64,000 bases of DNA, taken from positions 12,834,001 through 12,898,000 of the forward strand of contig NC_082712.1 of assembly GCF_030144855.1 (NCBI RefSeq), read 5' to 3'. Shown one piece after another: positions 62,931 to 64,000 of the stretch (position 1 is the first letter of the stretch; each line of letters begins with the position of its first letter). The stretch comes from Hypanus sabinus (lineage: Eukaryota). The notes under the pieces were generated by a model. The model was not told where the DNA came from. It did no database searches and was given only the letters and a program-made list of their open reading frames with translations. Both the position numbers and the translations under genes were made by a program.

Positions 62931-63029
62931 GAGGTAATCTCTCTAGAGTAGGTTACATGGTCAGTACAGCATTGTGGGCTGAATGGCCTGGAATGTGCTG
63001 TAGATTTCTGTTTCTATATTCTCTGTAAG

Positions 63030-63281
63030 AGAGGATCACTGATCCTCCAGGTTCGGGGGTTCAGCTCAGGGTAACAACCCTGACGGGTAAAACAATGTTG
63101 TTATGGAAACAGCAATGGAGAATCCTTCGACATCTGAGTGTGACGGTATTCCTGAGTCCCACTCGGGAATTGTATGACTGACAGCAGTGAAAACCGAGAG
63201 GAAGCTACTGACACGATGAAGGAAGCCCTGAATGCTGCCAGAGATGGAGGCCCTTCATTGCTGACTGAAATGGCAGCAGCG
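63030..63281 (+). mobile_element. Second copy of the short RTE-type non-autonomous element (3' end runs into the gap)
   Basis: Shares ggttcagctcagg..aacaaccctgac..gttatggaaacagca..gaatccttc..acatctgagtg..gccagagatggagg with 24420..24620. Confidence 0.55.
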
Positions 63282-63411
63282 NNNNNNNNNNNNNNNNNNN
63301 NNNNNNNNNNNNNNNNNNNNNNNNNNNNNNNNNNNNNNNNNNNNNNNNNNNNNNNNNNNNNNNNNNNNNNNNNNNNNNNNNNNNNNNNNNNNNNNNNNNN
63401 NNNNNNNNNNN
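63282..63411. other. Assembly gap (N run)
   Basis: Run of N between the V1 and V2 exons. Confidence 1.
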
Positions 63412-63705
63412 GGGGTGGGGAGAGACTCTTAGAGACACGGATGTTATAGAAATGGCGGGGTATGTGGGAGGCAGGGGGTGAGATTGATCTTGGAGCAGGT
63501 TTAAGGGTCAGCACAACATTGTGGGCTGAAGGGCCTGTACGGTGCTGTTGTTCTATGTGCTAGTGCACATGACAATCACATCTATTTGACATGATCATCC
63601 TGCAAAATATACTTGTACATTATGAATAAAATGAGTTTTCAGTGAGATAAAATGTGAAATGATTAGTGTAGTTTTACAACTCAATGCTTAAACATCGGTC
63701 CTCAC

Positions 63706-64000
63706 CTCTCACAGACAGATCTGTTAGAACCACCGTTTGAAAGCTGTTAACATTGAGCTCCACCCGGCACCGATACCGACCACCGTCACTCCGGTTCAGA
63801 GGCTCCACCATTATCGAGGCATCTCTCCGACTGAGGTTCCCCACGAATCCGAACCGCCCTCCTCCAGCCTCCTGTATCGTTGTATCGCACCCGGAGGGGC
63901 CGGAACCGGGATGTGTGCACTTAAACACCAGATTACCTGCACTTTGTTCCCCCTTGTACCAGATCACGGAGCCGTTCAGGGCGACATCAGGAGGTGGGTG
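63706..64000 (-). CDS. Receptor Ig V-set domain 1 exon (5' end outside window), Siglec-15-like with the essential Arg
   Basis: HPPPDVALNGSVIWYKGEQSAGNLVFKC...C...GRFGFVGNLSRRDASIMVEPLNRSDGGRYRCRVEL parallels Siglec-15 (IWRAGE..AG..VFRC...C...GRF...GN.RRND.S..VE.L...D..RY.CRVEF); donor GAG|gtgagg, phase 1. Confidence 0.88.

Noticed and set aside
63706-64000. Assigning the symbol SIGLEC15
   Set aside because: The architecture (V-V, no TM Lys, ITIM tail) differs from true Siglec-15, and orthology needs phylogeny and synteny.

Overview
Vertebrate genomic DNA, most likely a cartilaginous fish (ray/shark). This is inferred from dense CR1/HER1-like LINEs, HE1-like V-SINEs, fish-type L1, Rex/Babar and Gypsy elements. 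Most of the window is transposon or tandem-repeat derived, and there are three N gaps. Hidden among the repeats on the minus strand is a multi-exon immune receptor gene that I reconstructed by hand from splice sites and reading phase. Its order is: Siglec-15-like V-set domain with the sialic-acid-binding Arg (runs off the window end), a second V-set domain without that Arg, an uncharged TM, seven short cytoplasmic exons (one carrying an in-frame TAA) and a terminal ITIM exon (VIYAEV, stop at 20973). The tail carries four Tyr motifs, three of them on exons that look like copies of one module. The first 17.8 kb is a four-level nest: a Gmr1-order Gypsy interrupted by an L1 (11-bp TSD), which is interrupted by a full-length Gypsy with PNMA-like Gag (two LTRs, tRNA-Pro PBS, 4-bp TSD), which is interrupted by a CR1 fragment. 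The intron after the TM exon is almost entirely a strand-asymmetric G-rich ~41-bp satellite. No database searches were possible, so family names are from motif recognition, and TE fragment boundaries are approximate unless a TSD is cited.
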